IMG/VR virus record: IMGVR_UViG_3300005805_000426
Location: 1 to 25,941 of that record
DNA length: 25,941 nucleotides
Strand: one strand, 5' to 3'
Source: a virus
Lineage: Duplodnaviria; Caudoviricetes
The notes below the pieces were generated by a model that saw only the letters and a list, made by a program, of their open reading frames with translations, searched no databases and had not been told where the DNA came from. Positions 8,867 to 17,425 of this stretch are shown here, piece by piece (the stretch's first letter is position 1; each line of letters begins with the position of its first letter). Made by a program: the position numbers and the translations under genes.

Positions 8867-9808
8867 ATGGGATCGTTCAAGCCAATGGTCAAAATGATGA
8901 CCACGGAACCTACCGTTGAGCTAAAGCTCAAAAGTGGTGGGAAAGTAGAAAAAAAGATGCAAATGGGTGGTACTCCAGCTATGGCCCCGGCTATGGGTGG
9001 TTTGCCTGCTCGTGGTGGTGAGATGATGGCTGCTGCTCCGGGCCGTCCTGACATGATGAAGCGCCGTCGCATGATGAAGGCTATGGGCGCTGGCCCATCT
9101 GCTCCTGTTGGTCGTGCTGCTCGTATGATGAAAGAGGGTGGCGAGTCTAAATCTGAGCATAGTGCTGAGATGAAGAAAATGGCTGGCACTGCTGAGGATC
9201 TTAAAGAGCACAAGTCTATGCCTGCATCCAAGGCTCACAAAGGTCTAAAGACTGGCGGTGTGGCTAATGGTCAGGGCGGCTACATGCATGGTGGCAAAAT
9301 TAAGAAATACGCTAAAGGTGGCGGCGTTGAAGGTAATGTCAGCACTTCTCATGCTGGCGTTTCCAATACCAAAACTGGTGAAGTTGTAAAAGGCCAAGGC
9401 GGTTTCAAGAAAGGTGGTTCCGCAAAAAAGTTTGCTAGGGGTGGCTCGGTGAATGATTCTGGTAAGGCAGAAGATATGCCTCAGGGTCGTAAAAAACCTG
9501 CTGCCCCTGTCAGCATCAACCGTCTATCTGGCACTTATAAAAAGGGTGGGTCTGTAAAGATGATGGAAGGTGGCCCTGCTGACGTAGAAGACGAAAAAAA
9601 GCGGAGAGCAATGAATAAGGCTTATGAAGAATCTGGAAAGGTTTCTTCTGAGTTAGAGGAGGCCATGAATCCTTTAAGCATGATTAAAGAGGCTTTTGGC
9701 AAAGCCAAGAAAATGTTTAAAGGAACGCCTTCAAGCGATAGCGTCACAAAGACGAAAGAATCTGTGACTGTCACTCCGCTGAAAAAGCGTCAAGGTGGTG
9801 CTTGCTAA
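8867..9808 (+). CDS. Low-complexity Lys/Gly/Met-rich protein with many xxGG motifs, putative internal virion protein
   Basis: AGGAG RBS; 313 aa; repeated LKSGGKV, LKTGGVA, YMHGGKI, YAKGGGV, FKKGGSA, FARGGSV, YKKGGSV and others. Confidence 0.75.
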   Translation: MGSFKPMVKMMTTEPTVELKLKSGGKVEKKMQMGGTPAMAPAMGGLPARGGEMMAAAPGRPDMMKRRRMMKAMGAGPSAPVGRAARMMKEGGESKSEHSAEMKKMAGTAEDLKEHKSMPASKAHKGLKTGGVANGQGGYMHGGKIKKYAKGGGVEGNVSTSHAGVSNTKTGEVVKGQGGFKKGGSAKKFARGGSVNDSGKAEDMPQGRKKPAAPVSINRLSGTYKKGGSVKMMEGGPADVEDEKKRRAMNKAYEESGKVSSELEEAMNPLSMIKEAFGKAKKMFKGTPSSDSVTKTKESVTVTPLKKRQGGAC

Positions 9809-9811
9809 ATA

Positions 9812-9840
9812 ACGGGGGGATTTTTCCCCCTGTAATTTTT
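9812..9840 (+). terminator. Probable intrinsic terminator
   Basis: 9-bp stem acgggggga / tccccctgt with one G-U pair and a tttt loop, followed by aattttt, directly after the stop at 9808. Confidence 0.6.
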
Positions 9841-9850
9841 GGAGATTACT

Positions 9851-10285
9851 ATGGCAGATGCAGTTACTAGCCAAAAGTTGTTTGATGGTGAGAGGATTGC
9901 CATCATGAAATTTACCAATATCAGCGATGCTACTGGTGAATCTGCGGTTTTGAAGGTTGATGTTTCCGCATTAAACCCAAGTGCTTCTGGCGGTGTTTGT
10001 GATGGTGTATCTATCATCAAACTTTTTGCTGCTACGGGTGGTATGGGGGTAAATATTCTTTGGGACGCTGATACTGACGTTACGGCATTTATTGTTGCTA
10101 CAGATTCTGCTTATGCGTATGACTTTAGCAAGAATGGTGGTCTAACGAATAATGCGGGTGCTGGCAAAACGGGTGACATTCGTTTTACTACAATTGGCGC
10201 TAGTACAGGCGATACTTACACTATTGAGCTAGAGATGGTGAAGCATTACGTTCAGCCGACTAATTACGTCTTGCCTAGTCCGTAA
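9851..10285 (+). CDS. Hypothetical phage protein, probably structural and beta-rich
   Basis: GGAG at 9841-9844 supports ATG 9851 over the track's TTG 9839. MADAVTSQ...KFTNISDATGESAVLKVDVSAL...TGDIRFTT. Confidence 0.75.
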   Translation: MADAVTSQKLFDGERIAIMKFTNISDATGESAVLKVDVSALNPSASGGVCDGVSIIKLFAATGGMGVNILWDADTDVTAFIVATDSAYAYDFSKNGGLTNNAGAGKTGDIRFTTIGASTGDTYTIELEMVKHYVQPTNYVLPSP

Positions 10286-10287
10286 TC

Positions 10288-10683
10288 ATGCCTGCCAAGT
10301 CCAAAGCCCAATTTAGGCTCATGCAAGCTGTTTCGCATAACCCTAAGATAGCCAAGAAGGTTGGCATCTCTAAGTCTGTTGGGGAAGAATTTGTGTCGGC
10401 TACCAAGTCGCCTAAAAAGCTTCCTGAGCGCATGAAAGAGGGTGGGGTATCTTTGGCTGTTGGTAGGGGTGAAAAGCTTCCTGTGAGTCAGGGTGCTGGG
10501 TTGACGGCTAAAGGTAGGGCTAAGTACAACCGCGAGACTGGTAGTAATTTAAAAGCCCCTCAGCCTGAAGGTGGTGCTCGTAAGGATTCGTTTTGCGCTC
10601 GTATGCGGCCTATTGCGGAGAAGAGTGAAAAGGGATCTCGTGCGAGGGCTTCTATGCGTCGGTGGAAATGCTCTGGTTTTTAA
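10288..10683 (+). CDS. Basic hypothetical protein, apparently two small modules joined at MKEGG
   Basis: N-part MPAKSKAQFRLMQAV..NP; C-part GLTAKGRAKYNRETGSNLKAP...SFCARM...RRWKC. I recall both as small phage protein types (C-part DUF6321-like; unverified). Confidence 0.7.
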   Translation: MPAKSKAQFRLMQAVSHNPKIAKKVGISKSVGEEFVSATKSPKKLPERMKEGGVSLAVGRGEKLPVSQGAGLTAKGRAKYNRETGSNLKAPQPEGGARKDSFCARMRPIAEKSEKGSRARASMRRWKCSGF

Positions 10684-10700
10684 TTTATTAGGAAAACATT

Positions 10701-10967
10701 ATGGCTACTTCATCACTTGCTGGTTTGCTTGGTATGCAAGATGGCTCGGTATCGACCGGGATGGGTTTTAGCCCAATGAATCCGGGTTCTAGCGGGAATG
10801 TTCAATCTGGCATGGGGCAGGTTCAGCAAGGCGCATCTGTTATTGGTAACGCTTTGGATACGATTAATTCTGCCGTTGGTGATGGGAAGGCCATGAAAAA
10901 AGGCGGGTCTGTTAAAAAGACCAAAATTTCTACTCATCAAAAATCCAAAAAATCACCTAGTTGGTAA
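10701..10967 (+). CDS. Hypothetical protein with basic C-terminal tail MKKGGSVKKTKISTHQKSKKSPSW
   Basis: AGGA RBS; its 24-aa tail is shared with the next ORF. Confidence 0.75.
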   Translation: MATSSLAGLLGMQDGSVSTGMGFSPMNPGSSGNVQSGMGQVQQGASVIGNALDTINSAVGDGKAMKKGGSVKKTKISTHQKSKKSPSW

Positions 10968-11280
10968 GGAACTGAGATGGATAAAACTATACCTTCAGGC
11001 AATGTTTTTCGTATTGTAGATGGTAAGTATGTTCACAATAACGAAGAGATTTCAAAAGAAGAATTTTACAGACGGAAAGCTGAAGCTGACAGTGCTATGC
11101 GTGAAATGCGTGGTCTGCCTTCTAGTTCTGTTCGTGGTAAAGAACCTTCTTTTGAGGAGCGTAGAGCTAAGGCATTTCAGGATCTTGAAGGTATGAAAAA
11201 AGGTGGGGCTGTTAAAAAAACCAAGATTTCTACTCATCAAAAATCCAAAAAATCGCCTAATTGGTAAGGGAATGAGATGG
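10893..11280 (+). repeat. 88-bp direct repeat, copies at 10893-10980 and 11193-11280
   Basis: Manual alignment gives 8 mismatches in 88 nt with 300-bp spacing. Each copy covers the 24-codon tail, stop, RBS and the next gene's ATG. Confidence 0.9.
10977..11267 (+). CDS. Hypothetical protein with basic C-terminal tail MKKGGAVKKTKISTHQKSKKSPNW
   Basis: AAGGA RBS; N-terminal part unrelated to the preceding ORF, tail nearly identical. Confidence 0.75.
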   Translation: MDKTIPSGNVFRIVDGKYVHNNEEISKEEFYRRKAEADSAMREMRGLPSSSVRGKEPSFEERRAKAFQDLEGMKKGGAVKKTKISTHQKSKKSPNW

Positions 11281-12350
11281 CTTATTCAGGAACAGTTGGT
11301 ACAACAGTCATCAATGTTCAAAAGTTGATAGATCATGGCGCGAGGCGCTGTGGGAAGTTGGCTGAAGAACTGACTGCTGAACAGGTTCTCTCTGCGCGAG
11401 AGTCTTTGTACTTTTTGCTGTCTCATATCGCCAACTTAGGTATTCAATATTGGGCTATTAATAAGAAAGTTTTTGGTCTTACGCCTGAAAGGTATATTTA
11501 CGATATGCCGATTGGGGCAATTGACGCTTTAAATGTTTTGTACAGGACATTAAATCGTCCTACTGGTAGCTACACAAGCTCTGCTGGCGGTGTTGTTGGC
11601 AACGTTGCTGACAGCGACATAAATACTTATTGCCAGCAAAACGCTGCCAATGGAAATATACAGGTGTTCTATGGAACTAATGATCCTGTTTATGCTGGTA
11701 GCATTGGCATCCTTCCTTTTGTTGCTGGTGGTGGCACAGCCACTTGGTCAGTTATTTATGAGTACTCCACTGATGGAATTTCATGGAATACTTTGGAAGA
11801 TCTTGGAGAAATTGCTGTAACTGATAATCAGTGGGTTTGGACAGATGTTGACCCCGGACAGAACGTAGAGTATTACCGGATTCGTGTTTATAACGGCACA
11901 ACTTTGGCGCTGAGGGAATTATACATAGGCAATAATTCTCGTGAGATTCAGATGTCTCGTTTGAACAGAGATGATTATACGAATCTGCCAAACAAGAACT
12001 TTACTGCTAATCAGCCGTACCAATTTTGGTTCAATAGAACGATACCTCAGGCTGGCATTTATCTTTGGCCTGTTCCTAGTGATCCTTTTATTCAAATGAC
12101 GGTGTGGTATTCCCGTCAGATTATGGATGTGGGTGATCTAAGTGGTGAGCTTGAGATACCTCAAAGATGGTATGAGGCGATTGTATTTATGTTGTCTCAC
12201 AGGATGGCATTGGAATTGCCTGCTGTTGCAGATAACAGGTTGACGTATCTTGAGCGTATGGCTGAGAAGTATTTCTATGAGGCTGAGCAGGAAGAGCGTG
12301 ATAAGTCGCCTGTGTATTTAGCTGCAAATATAAGCGTGTATACGAGTTAG
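11277..12350 (+). CDS. Putative head-tail adaptor / tail ring protein with an inserted beta-sandwich (discoidin-like) domain
   Basis: Helical N-terminus; C-terminal QPYQFWF...IYLWPVP...IPQRWYEAIVFML pattern typical of adaptors; central insert with YSTDGISWNTL and YYRIRV. Confidence 0.55.
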   Translation: MAYSGTVGTTVINVQKLIDHGARRCGKLAEELTAEQVLSARESLYFLLSHIANLGIQYWAINKKVFGLTPERYIYDMPIGAIDALNVLYRTLNRPTGSYTSSAGGVVGNVADSDINTYCQQNAANGNIQVFYGTNDPVYAGSIGILPFVAGGGTATWSVIYEYSTDGISWNTLEDLGEIAVTDNQWVWTDVDPGQNVEYYRIRVYNGTTLALRELYIGNNSREIQMSRLNRDDYTNLPNKNFTANQPYQFWFNRTIPQAGIYLWPVPSDPFIQMTVWYSRQIMDVGDLSGELEIPQRWYEAIVFMLSHRMALELPAVADNRLTYLERMAEKYFYEAEQEERDKSPVYLAANISVYTS

Positions 12351-12359
12351 AGCTTATAA

Positions 12360-12701
12360 ATGCCTACATTCTTAGATACAACTGGTCTTACAAGTCTTGC
12401 AATCGGAATCTGCGATAGGTGCAAGATGAAGAGGACTTATGTGAGTCTTTCTCCAGATCCTAATTTTCCGGGGTTGAGAGTATGTGATCAAGGCTGTAAG
12501 GATAATTTAGATCCGTATAGGTTACCGGCTAGGAAAACTGAGCGCATTAATTTGCGCTTCCCAAGGCCAGATGTAAGTGTGGCAGTTTACCCAAACCAGA
12601 TTGTCACTAATGACACCGGAGGGTTTATTCTGTCTACAAACCAAAATACAAGTACGCCAGAAAACAATGGCAATCTTGACATCATTAGTCCGGGAGAATA
12701 A
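12360..12701 (+). CDS. Hypothetical protein with putative Zn-binding motif
   Basis: CDRC ... VCDQGC followed by DPYRLP and RFPRPD; tightly packed in the operon. Confidence 0.7.
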   Translation: MPTFLDTTGLTSLAIGICDRCKMKRTYVSLSPDPNFPGLRVCDQGCKDNLDPYRLPARKTERINLRFPRPDVSVAVYPNQIVTNDTGGFILSTNQNTSTPENNGNLDIISPGE

Positions 12702-12703
12702 TT

Positions 12704-15562
12704 GTGGCGCAGGTAACTATTGCTCAATTGCCCCAAGCGCAACCGCTAACGGGTACGGAAACTGTCCCAATTAACCAAAATGGGGTAACAGTACAAACGA
12801 CTGTTACAGACATTGCCAATTCGCCAACTCAGCAGCAAACTTTTATTACTGTAAACAATGAGCCATCTTTGCCAAATTCAAGGCAATTGGATGGTGGCAC
12901 TGGCATTGGCATTAATGACGGTGGCGCTCAGGGGGTTATAGAGGTTTTTCTAAATGGGGCTTCTGGTAGCCTTGAAAACTCTGTTAATGGTCTGATTGCC
13001 AAGACTAGCGGCTCGACGGTTGTAGGAAGGTCGATTACAAGCTCAGGAAACGGCGTTACGGTCACGAATGGCGATGGGGTAAGTGGAAACCCTGTGCTTG
13101 GTTTGACGGGCGCTGTAGGCGATTTAAATGCCTTGGCGGGTACTGGGATTGTTTATATCAATTCTGGCAACGCTGGTCTGTTAGAGATTCAGGGTACTGC
13201 TGATGAGATTGATGTTTCCAGCGGGACAGGCCCCGGCAATCCTACGGTGGGAATTGCTGATAATCCAATTCTTCCCGGCACTGCGGGTGTAGTTGTTCCG
13301 TCGGGGACTACGCTTCAGCGGGGATTGAGCACTGACGGCAAGATTCGTTACAACACGGATACCAGCCGTTTTGAGGGCTATCAGGGTAGTCAATGGAAGA
13401 ATGTCGGGTTTGGTGATGGCACGGTTACTTCTGTAAACGTATCGGGCGGCTCGACTGGTTTAACGACCTCTGGTGGCGCGATTACGACTTCTGGCACGAT
13501 TACCATTGCCGGTATCTTAAATGCTGCCAGCGGCGGTACTGGGCAGTCTAGCTACACGACTGGCGACATTCTCTATTCTACTGGTGCTACGACGCTATCC
13601 AAGTTGGGAATAGGATCAAGTACGTACATCATGACTTCAAGTGGGTCTGCGCCTGCTTGGACTGATCCTGCAAGTATTGCTGTTGGAAATCTTGCTGGTG
13701 GTGCTGCCAATAGGATTGCCTATCAAACAAATACTTCGACTACTGGGTTTATTGTTGCTCCAACAAGTTCGGACACTTTCCTAAAGTGGACTGGTTCTGC
13801 ATTTACATGGGGAACGATTGCTGGTGCTGGTACGGTTACTTCAGTGGGATTGGCGCTGCCTGCTGAGTTTACGATCAGCAATAGCCCGGTAACTAGTTCA
13901 GGCACATTGACTGGTGCATGGGCAAGCCAGACGGCTAATTATGTGCTTGCAGCCCCTGATGGAATGGCTGGTACGCCCACTTTTAGGGCTTTGACTGCTG
14001 ATGATGTGCCTACAGCTGGGTCTGTTGCAAATGCTTTAACCATTGACGATTCTGGTGCTGGCGATGCCTCTCCGCAGACTTTTGATGGGTCTGCTGCAGT
14101 AACCGTTTCTTACAATACGATTGGCGCTGCAAATTCTGGGGCAAATACCAATATCACCAGTATTGACAGTATTACTGGGGGCATTTCTACGCCGGATTAT
14201 ATTAACTTTGACAACGCATTAGTTGCTGCCCCGACTACGGTTGAGGGTGGGTTGTATTACAACAATGATGACAATACGGCTGCATTAGAATTTGTTGGTA
14301 ACAACGGTCAACTGTTAAAAGTTAATGAGGAGCAGTATTACCGTGTAAAAGCCAGCAGCAATATTACCAAGGGCCAAGTGGTAATGATCACTGGCACTGT
14401 GGGTGCTAGTGGTGGCTTGATTGGTGCTCCTGCGACTGGTTTGACCGCAATTCAGACAACCAATATTCTTGGTGTTGCAACAGAATCAATATCAATTAAT
14501 AACTGGGGATACGTTACTTTCTTCGGTGAAATAAAAGGATTAAATACTACTGGTGGTGGCGAATCTTGGACTGATAACACGGTTTTGTACTATAACCCTG
14601 CGGTTACTGGTGGCCTGACAAAGAATAAGCCTGCTGTACCTAATGCTATTGCGATTATTGCTGCAGTTGTTCATGCGAACGCTAGTAATGGCGTATTGTT
14701 TATTCGTCCGACGTTTGGCTCAGTATTGGGCGGCACGGACGGTAATGTCAATTTTGGCACCCTAAGTGGCGGTGACATAATTGTTTACGACAGCGGCAAT
14801 CAGTATTGGGAAAACGCTGCTCAGAGCACTCTGTCTGTGGGTAAGGCAACGAATCTTGCTGGTGGTTTAGGTGGTTCTGTACCGTATCAATCTGCTGCGG
14901 ATACGACAACATTCTTGGCAATTGGTACGAGTACCTATTTGCTAACCTCTGCTGGCACGGCTCCTCAATGGTCTGATCCTGCTGGTGTGACTGTAGGAAC
15001 GGCAACCACTGCTACTACGGCTAATGCTGTAGCAAATGCTGCGACATTCACAAATACCGGCGGCGCAGCTCCGGGAGCCACTTTCGATGGTTCAGCTGCG
15101 AGGACGATTGATTACAGTACGGTAGGCGCTCCGAAGGCTGATGGAACGGGTGCATCTGGCACTTGGTCAATTAGCATCAATGGGAATGCTGCTACAGCCA
15201 CAAGTGCAACAAGTGCAACAAGCGCAACAACTGCAACCAACATTGCGGGTGGTACGGCTGGTGCGTTGCCTTATAACTCTGGTGCTGGAACAACAACGTT
15301 CCTGAGCCTTGGAACGACGAATTACGTTTTAACGGCGGGGGCTACGGCACCTCAGTATGTTGACCAAAGCACATTATCTGTGGGGACGGCTACCAATGCT
15401 ACGAATGTTGCTACGACGGCGACTAGTACGAACGCTGATTTTTACATCCCGTTTGTGGCGGCGAGTACTACCAGTAATCAGGCACTTGGGGTAGACGCTG
15501 GTATCACTTACAATCCATCAACTAATGCGATAACAGCCGGTATATCCGGCGGGACATTCTAA
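12704..15562 (+). CDS. Long tail fibre protein
   Basis: 952 aa rich in Gly/Thr/Ser/Ala, GTG start. Fibre motifs G.IRYNTDT..FEGY, GTVTSV (twice), ASGGTGQSSYTTGDILY, three N[LI]AGG....[IVL][AP]Y units, two TFDGSAA, C-terminal ISGGTF. Confidence 0.8.
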   Translation: MAQVTIAQLPQAQPLTGTETVPINQNGVTVQTTVTDIANSPTQQQTFITVNNEPSLPNSRQLDGGTGIGINDGGAQGVIEVFLNGASGSLENSVNGLIAKTSGSTVVGRSITSSGNGVTVTNGDGVSGNPVLGLTGAVGDLNALAGTGIVYINSGNAGLLEIQGTADEIDVSSGTGPGNPTVGIADNPILPGTAGVVVPSGTTLQRGLSTDGKIRYNTDTSRFEGYQGSQWKNVGFGDGTVTSVNVSGGSTGLTTSGGAITTSGTITIAGILNAASGGTGQSSYTTGDILYSTGATTLSKLGIGSSTYIMTSSGSAPAWTDPASIAVGNLAGGAANRIAYQTNTSTTGFIVAPTSSDTFLKWTGSAFTWGTIAGAGTVTSVGLALPAEFTISNSPVTSSGTLTGAWASQTANYVLAAPDGMAGTPTFRALTADDVPTAGSVANALTIDDSGAGDASPQTFDGSAAVTVSYNTIGAANSGANTNITSIDSITGGISTPDYINFDNALVAAPTTVEGGLYYNNDDNTAALEFVGNNGQLLKVNEEQYYRVKASSNITKGQVVMITGTVGASGGLIGAPATGLTAIQTTNILGVATESISINNWGYVTFFGEIKGLNTTGGGESWTDNTVLYYNPAVTGGLTKNKPAVPNAIAIIAAVVHANASNGVLFIRPTFGSVLGGTDGNVNFGTLSGGDIIVYDSGNQYWENAAQSTLSVGKATNLAGGLGGSVPYQSAADTTTFLAIGTSTYLLTSAGTAPQWSDPAGVTVGTATTATTANAVANAATFTNTGGAAPGATFDGSAARTIDYSTVGAPKADGTGASGTWSISINGNAATATSATSATSATTATNIAGGTAGALPYNSGAGTTTFLSLGTTNYVLTAGATAPQYVDQSTLSVGTATNATNVATTATSTNADFYIPFVAASTTSNQALGVDAGITYNPSTNAITAGISGGTF

Positions 15563-15572
15563 GGAGTAGAAC

Positions 15573-16043
15573 ATGTCACAAGCTGGATATACGCCGATAC
15601 AGCTGTATCACAGTACCTCTGCTGGTACGGCCCCTACTGCGGGTAACTTGGCTCCGGGTGAGCTTGGGCTGAATATTGCTGACATGAGGCTGTACTGTGA
15701 GAATTCAGGTGGCACGGTTGAGATGCTGGCGGCTCCCGGCATTCCTATTTCTGGTGCAGCTAAGACTACTTCTTACAGTCTTGCTACTGGTGATGTAGGG
15801 CAGACAATTGAGATAGGTTCTGGCGGCTCGATTACCATTCCTGATGCTACATTTTCTGCTGGTGACGCAGTTTTACTGTTCAACAACACTACCGCAGGAA
15901 TTACAATCACTTGCACGATTACGACTGCGTATATTTCAGGCACAGATGCAGACAAAGCAACAATGACTTTGGCGACTAGAGGTGTAGCTAATGTTCTTTT
16001 CATTAGTGGCACTGTTTGTGTTGTTACTGGGAACGTAAGCTAA
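15573..16043 (+). CDS. Short tail-fibre-associated protein
   Basis: AAGGAG RBS; N-terminal P.AGNLAPGELGLNIAD..LY fibre motif; C-terminal beta domain ITIP...FSAGDAVLLFNN. Confidence 0.7.
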   Translation: MSQAGYTPIQLYHSTSAGTAPTAGNLAPGELGLNIADMRLYCENSGGTVEMLAAPGIPISGAAKTTSYSLATGDVGQTIEIGSGGSITIPDATFSAGDAVLLFNNTTAGITITCTITTAYISGTDADKATMTLATRGVANVLFISGTVCVVTGNVS

Positions 16044-17425
16044 TGGCACTGGTACTCAAAAACAGAGTTCAATCGAGTACCACATCGACGGGTACGGGGG
16101 CGATTACGCTCGGAGCAGCCGCAGCGGGCTATCAAGACTTCTCAGTCATAGGCAACGCCAACACAACCTACTACCTGATTCGAGGCACGACTGAGTGGGA
16201 AGTGGGCATTGGCACTTACACCTCGTCGGGTACTACGTTGTCCCGTGATCAGGTGATTGGCTCATCCAACAGCGGCGCAAAGGTCAACTTCTCAGCAGGC
16301 ACGAAGGATGTGCTGTGCGTCTATCCTTCTGCTGCGACTCCGGGTGGTGTGCCTAACGCTGACAATAGTTCAGTGGGTACAGACTTGTCAGGTTGGCAGG
16401 CATTCTCTGCTGCGTTGAACAATGGTGTGCAAGGTGGACAGACGTTTGGGAACAACAGCACGAATGGGATTGTAAGTACGTATAGTTTGGTTTATACAGT
16501 TCTTGAAGCTTATACCGGAGGAGTATTAGCACCAAACGGAGATATACATTTTGTTCCAATAAGCGCAGTTAGAGGTCAAAAAATATCATCTTCTGGAGTG
16601 GTCTCAACTTATTCATTAGTTTACACAACAGCAAATGCCTACAGTGGCGGCGTTCTGGCGGCTAATGGAGATATACATTTTGTGCCACGTAGCGCAGCAG
16701 TAGGCCAGAAAATAAATGCTTCTGGTGTAGTCTCAACTTATTCATTAGTTTACACGGCTGGTGGCGCATATTTTGGCGGTGTCTTAGCACCTAATGGGGA
16801 AATACATTTTATTCCATTTAACGCAAATCGAGGTCAAAAAGTTTCTTCTTCTGGAGTTGTATCTACATATTCATTAGTTTATACAACTTCTGATGCTTAT
16901 TCAGGTGGCGTATTAGCCCCCAACGGTGATATTTATTTTGTTCCAAAAAGTGCTAACAGAGGACAGAAAATATCATCGGCAGGCGTTGTATCTACATATT
17001 CATTAGTTTATACAACTCCTGATGCTTATTCAGGTGGCGTATTGGCCTCCAATGGCGATATTTATTTCATTATAGACCAATCTGGAATAGGACAAAAAGT
17101 ATCAATAAGTGGCGTTGTATCCACTTATTCATTAGTCTACACAGGAGGTTCAGCTTACGGTGGCGGTGTATTGGCGCCCAATGGGGATGTGCATTTTGTT
17201 CCTGTTGGTGCTGTTGTCGGGCAAAAAATATCTTTATCAGGCGTTGTTTCCACTTATTCATTAGTTTACACGGCTGGGTCTGCATATCAAGGAGGTGTAT
17301 TGGCTCCTAATGGGGATATTTATCTTATTCCTAGAAGGGCTGTAGTAGGCCAAAAAATCTCCACCAACCCCGGTCAACCCCTCGGCCCCGGCATGTGTCT
17401 TAGCCCATTCTTGAATAAATACTAG
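16043..17425 (+). CDS. Repeat protein A: 144-aa N-terminal region plus seven 43-aa repeats, predicted 7-bladed beta-propeller and putative adhesin
   Basis: Start reassigned to ATG 16043 (TAATG overlap; aligns with paralogues). Repeats at 16475-17365 with consensus STYSLVYTxxxAYxGGVLAPNGDIHFVPxxAxxGQKISxSGVV; C-terminal CLSPFLNKY. Confidence 0.8.
   Translation: MALVLKNRVQSSTTSTGTGAITLGAAAAGYQDFSVIGNANTTYYLIRGTTEWEVGIGTYTSSGTTLSRDQVIGSSNSGAKVNFSAGTKDVLCVYPSAATPGGVPNADNSSVGTDLSGWQAFSAALNNGVQGGQTFGNNSTNGIVSTYSLVYTVLEAYTGGVLAPNGDIHFVPISAVRGQKISSSGVVSTYSLVYTTANAYSGGVLAANGDIHFVPRSAAVGQKINASGVVSTYSLVYTAGGAYFGGVLAPNGEIHFIPFNANRGQKVSSSGVVSTYSLVYTTSDAYSGGVLAPNGDIYFVPKSANRGQKISSAGVVSTYSLVYTTPDAYSGGVLASNGDIYFIIDQSGIGQKVSISGVVSTYSLVYTGGSAYGGGVLAPNGDVHFVPVGAVVGQKISLSGVVSTYSLVYTAGSAYQGGVLAPNGDIYLIPRRAVVGQKISTNPGQPLGPGMCLSPFLNKY

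Noticed and set aside
8867-9808. Ubiquitin-like conjugation or double-glycine bacteriocin precursor
   Set aside because: No beta-grasp domain, E1/E2 enzyme or C39 peptidase transporter recognised in the window; the GG motifs sit in low-complexity sequence.
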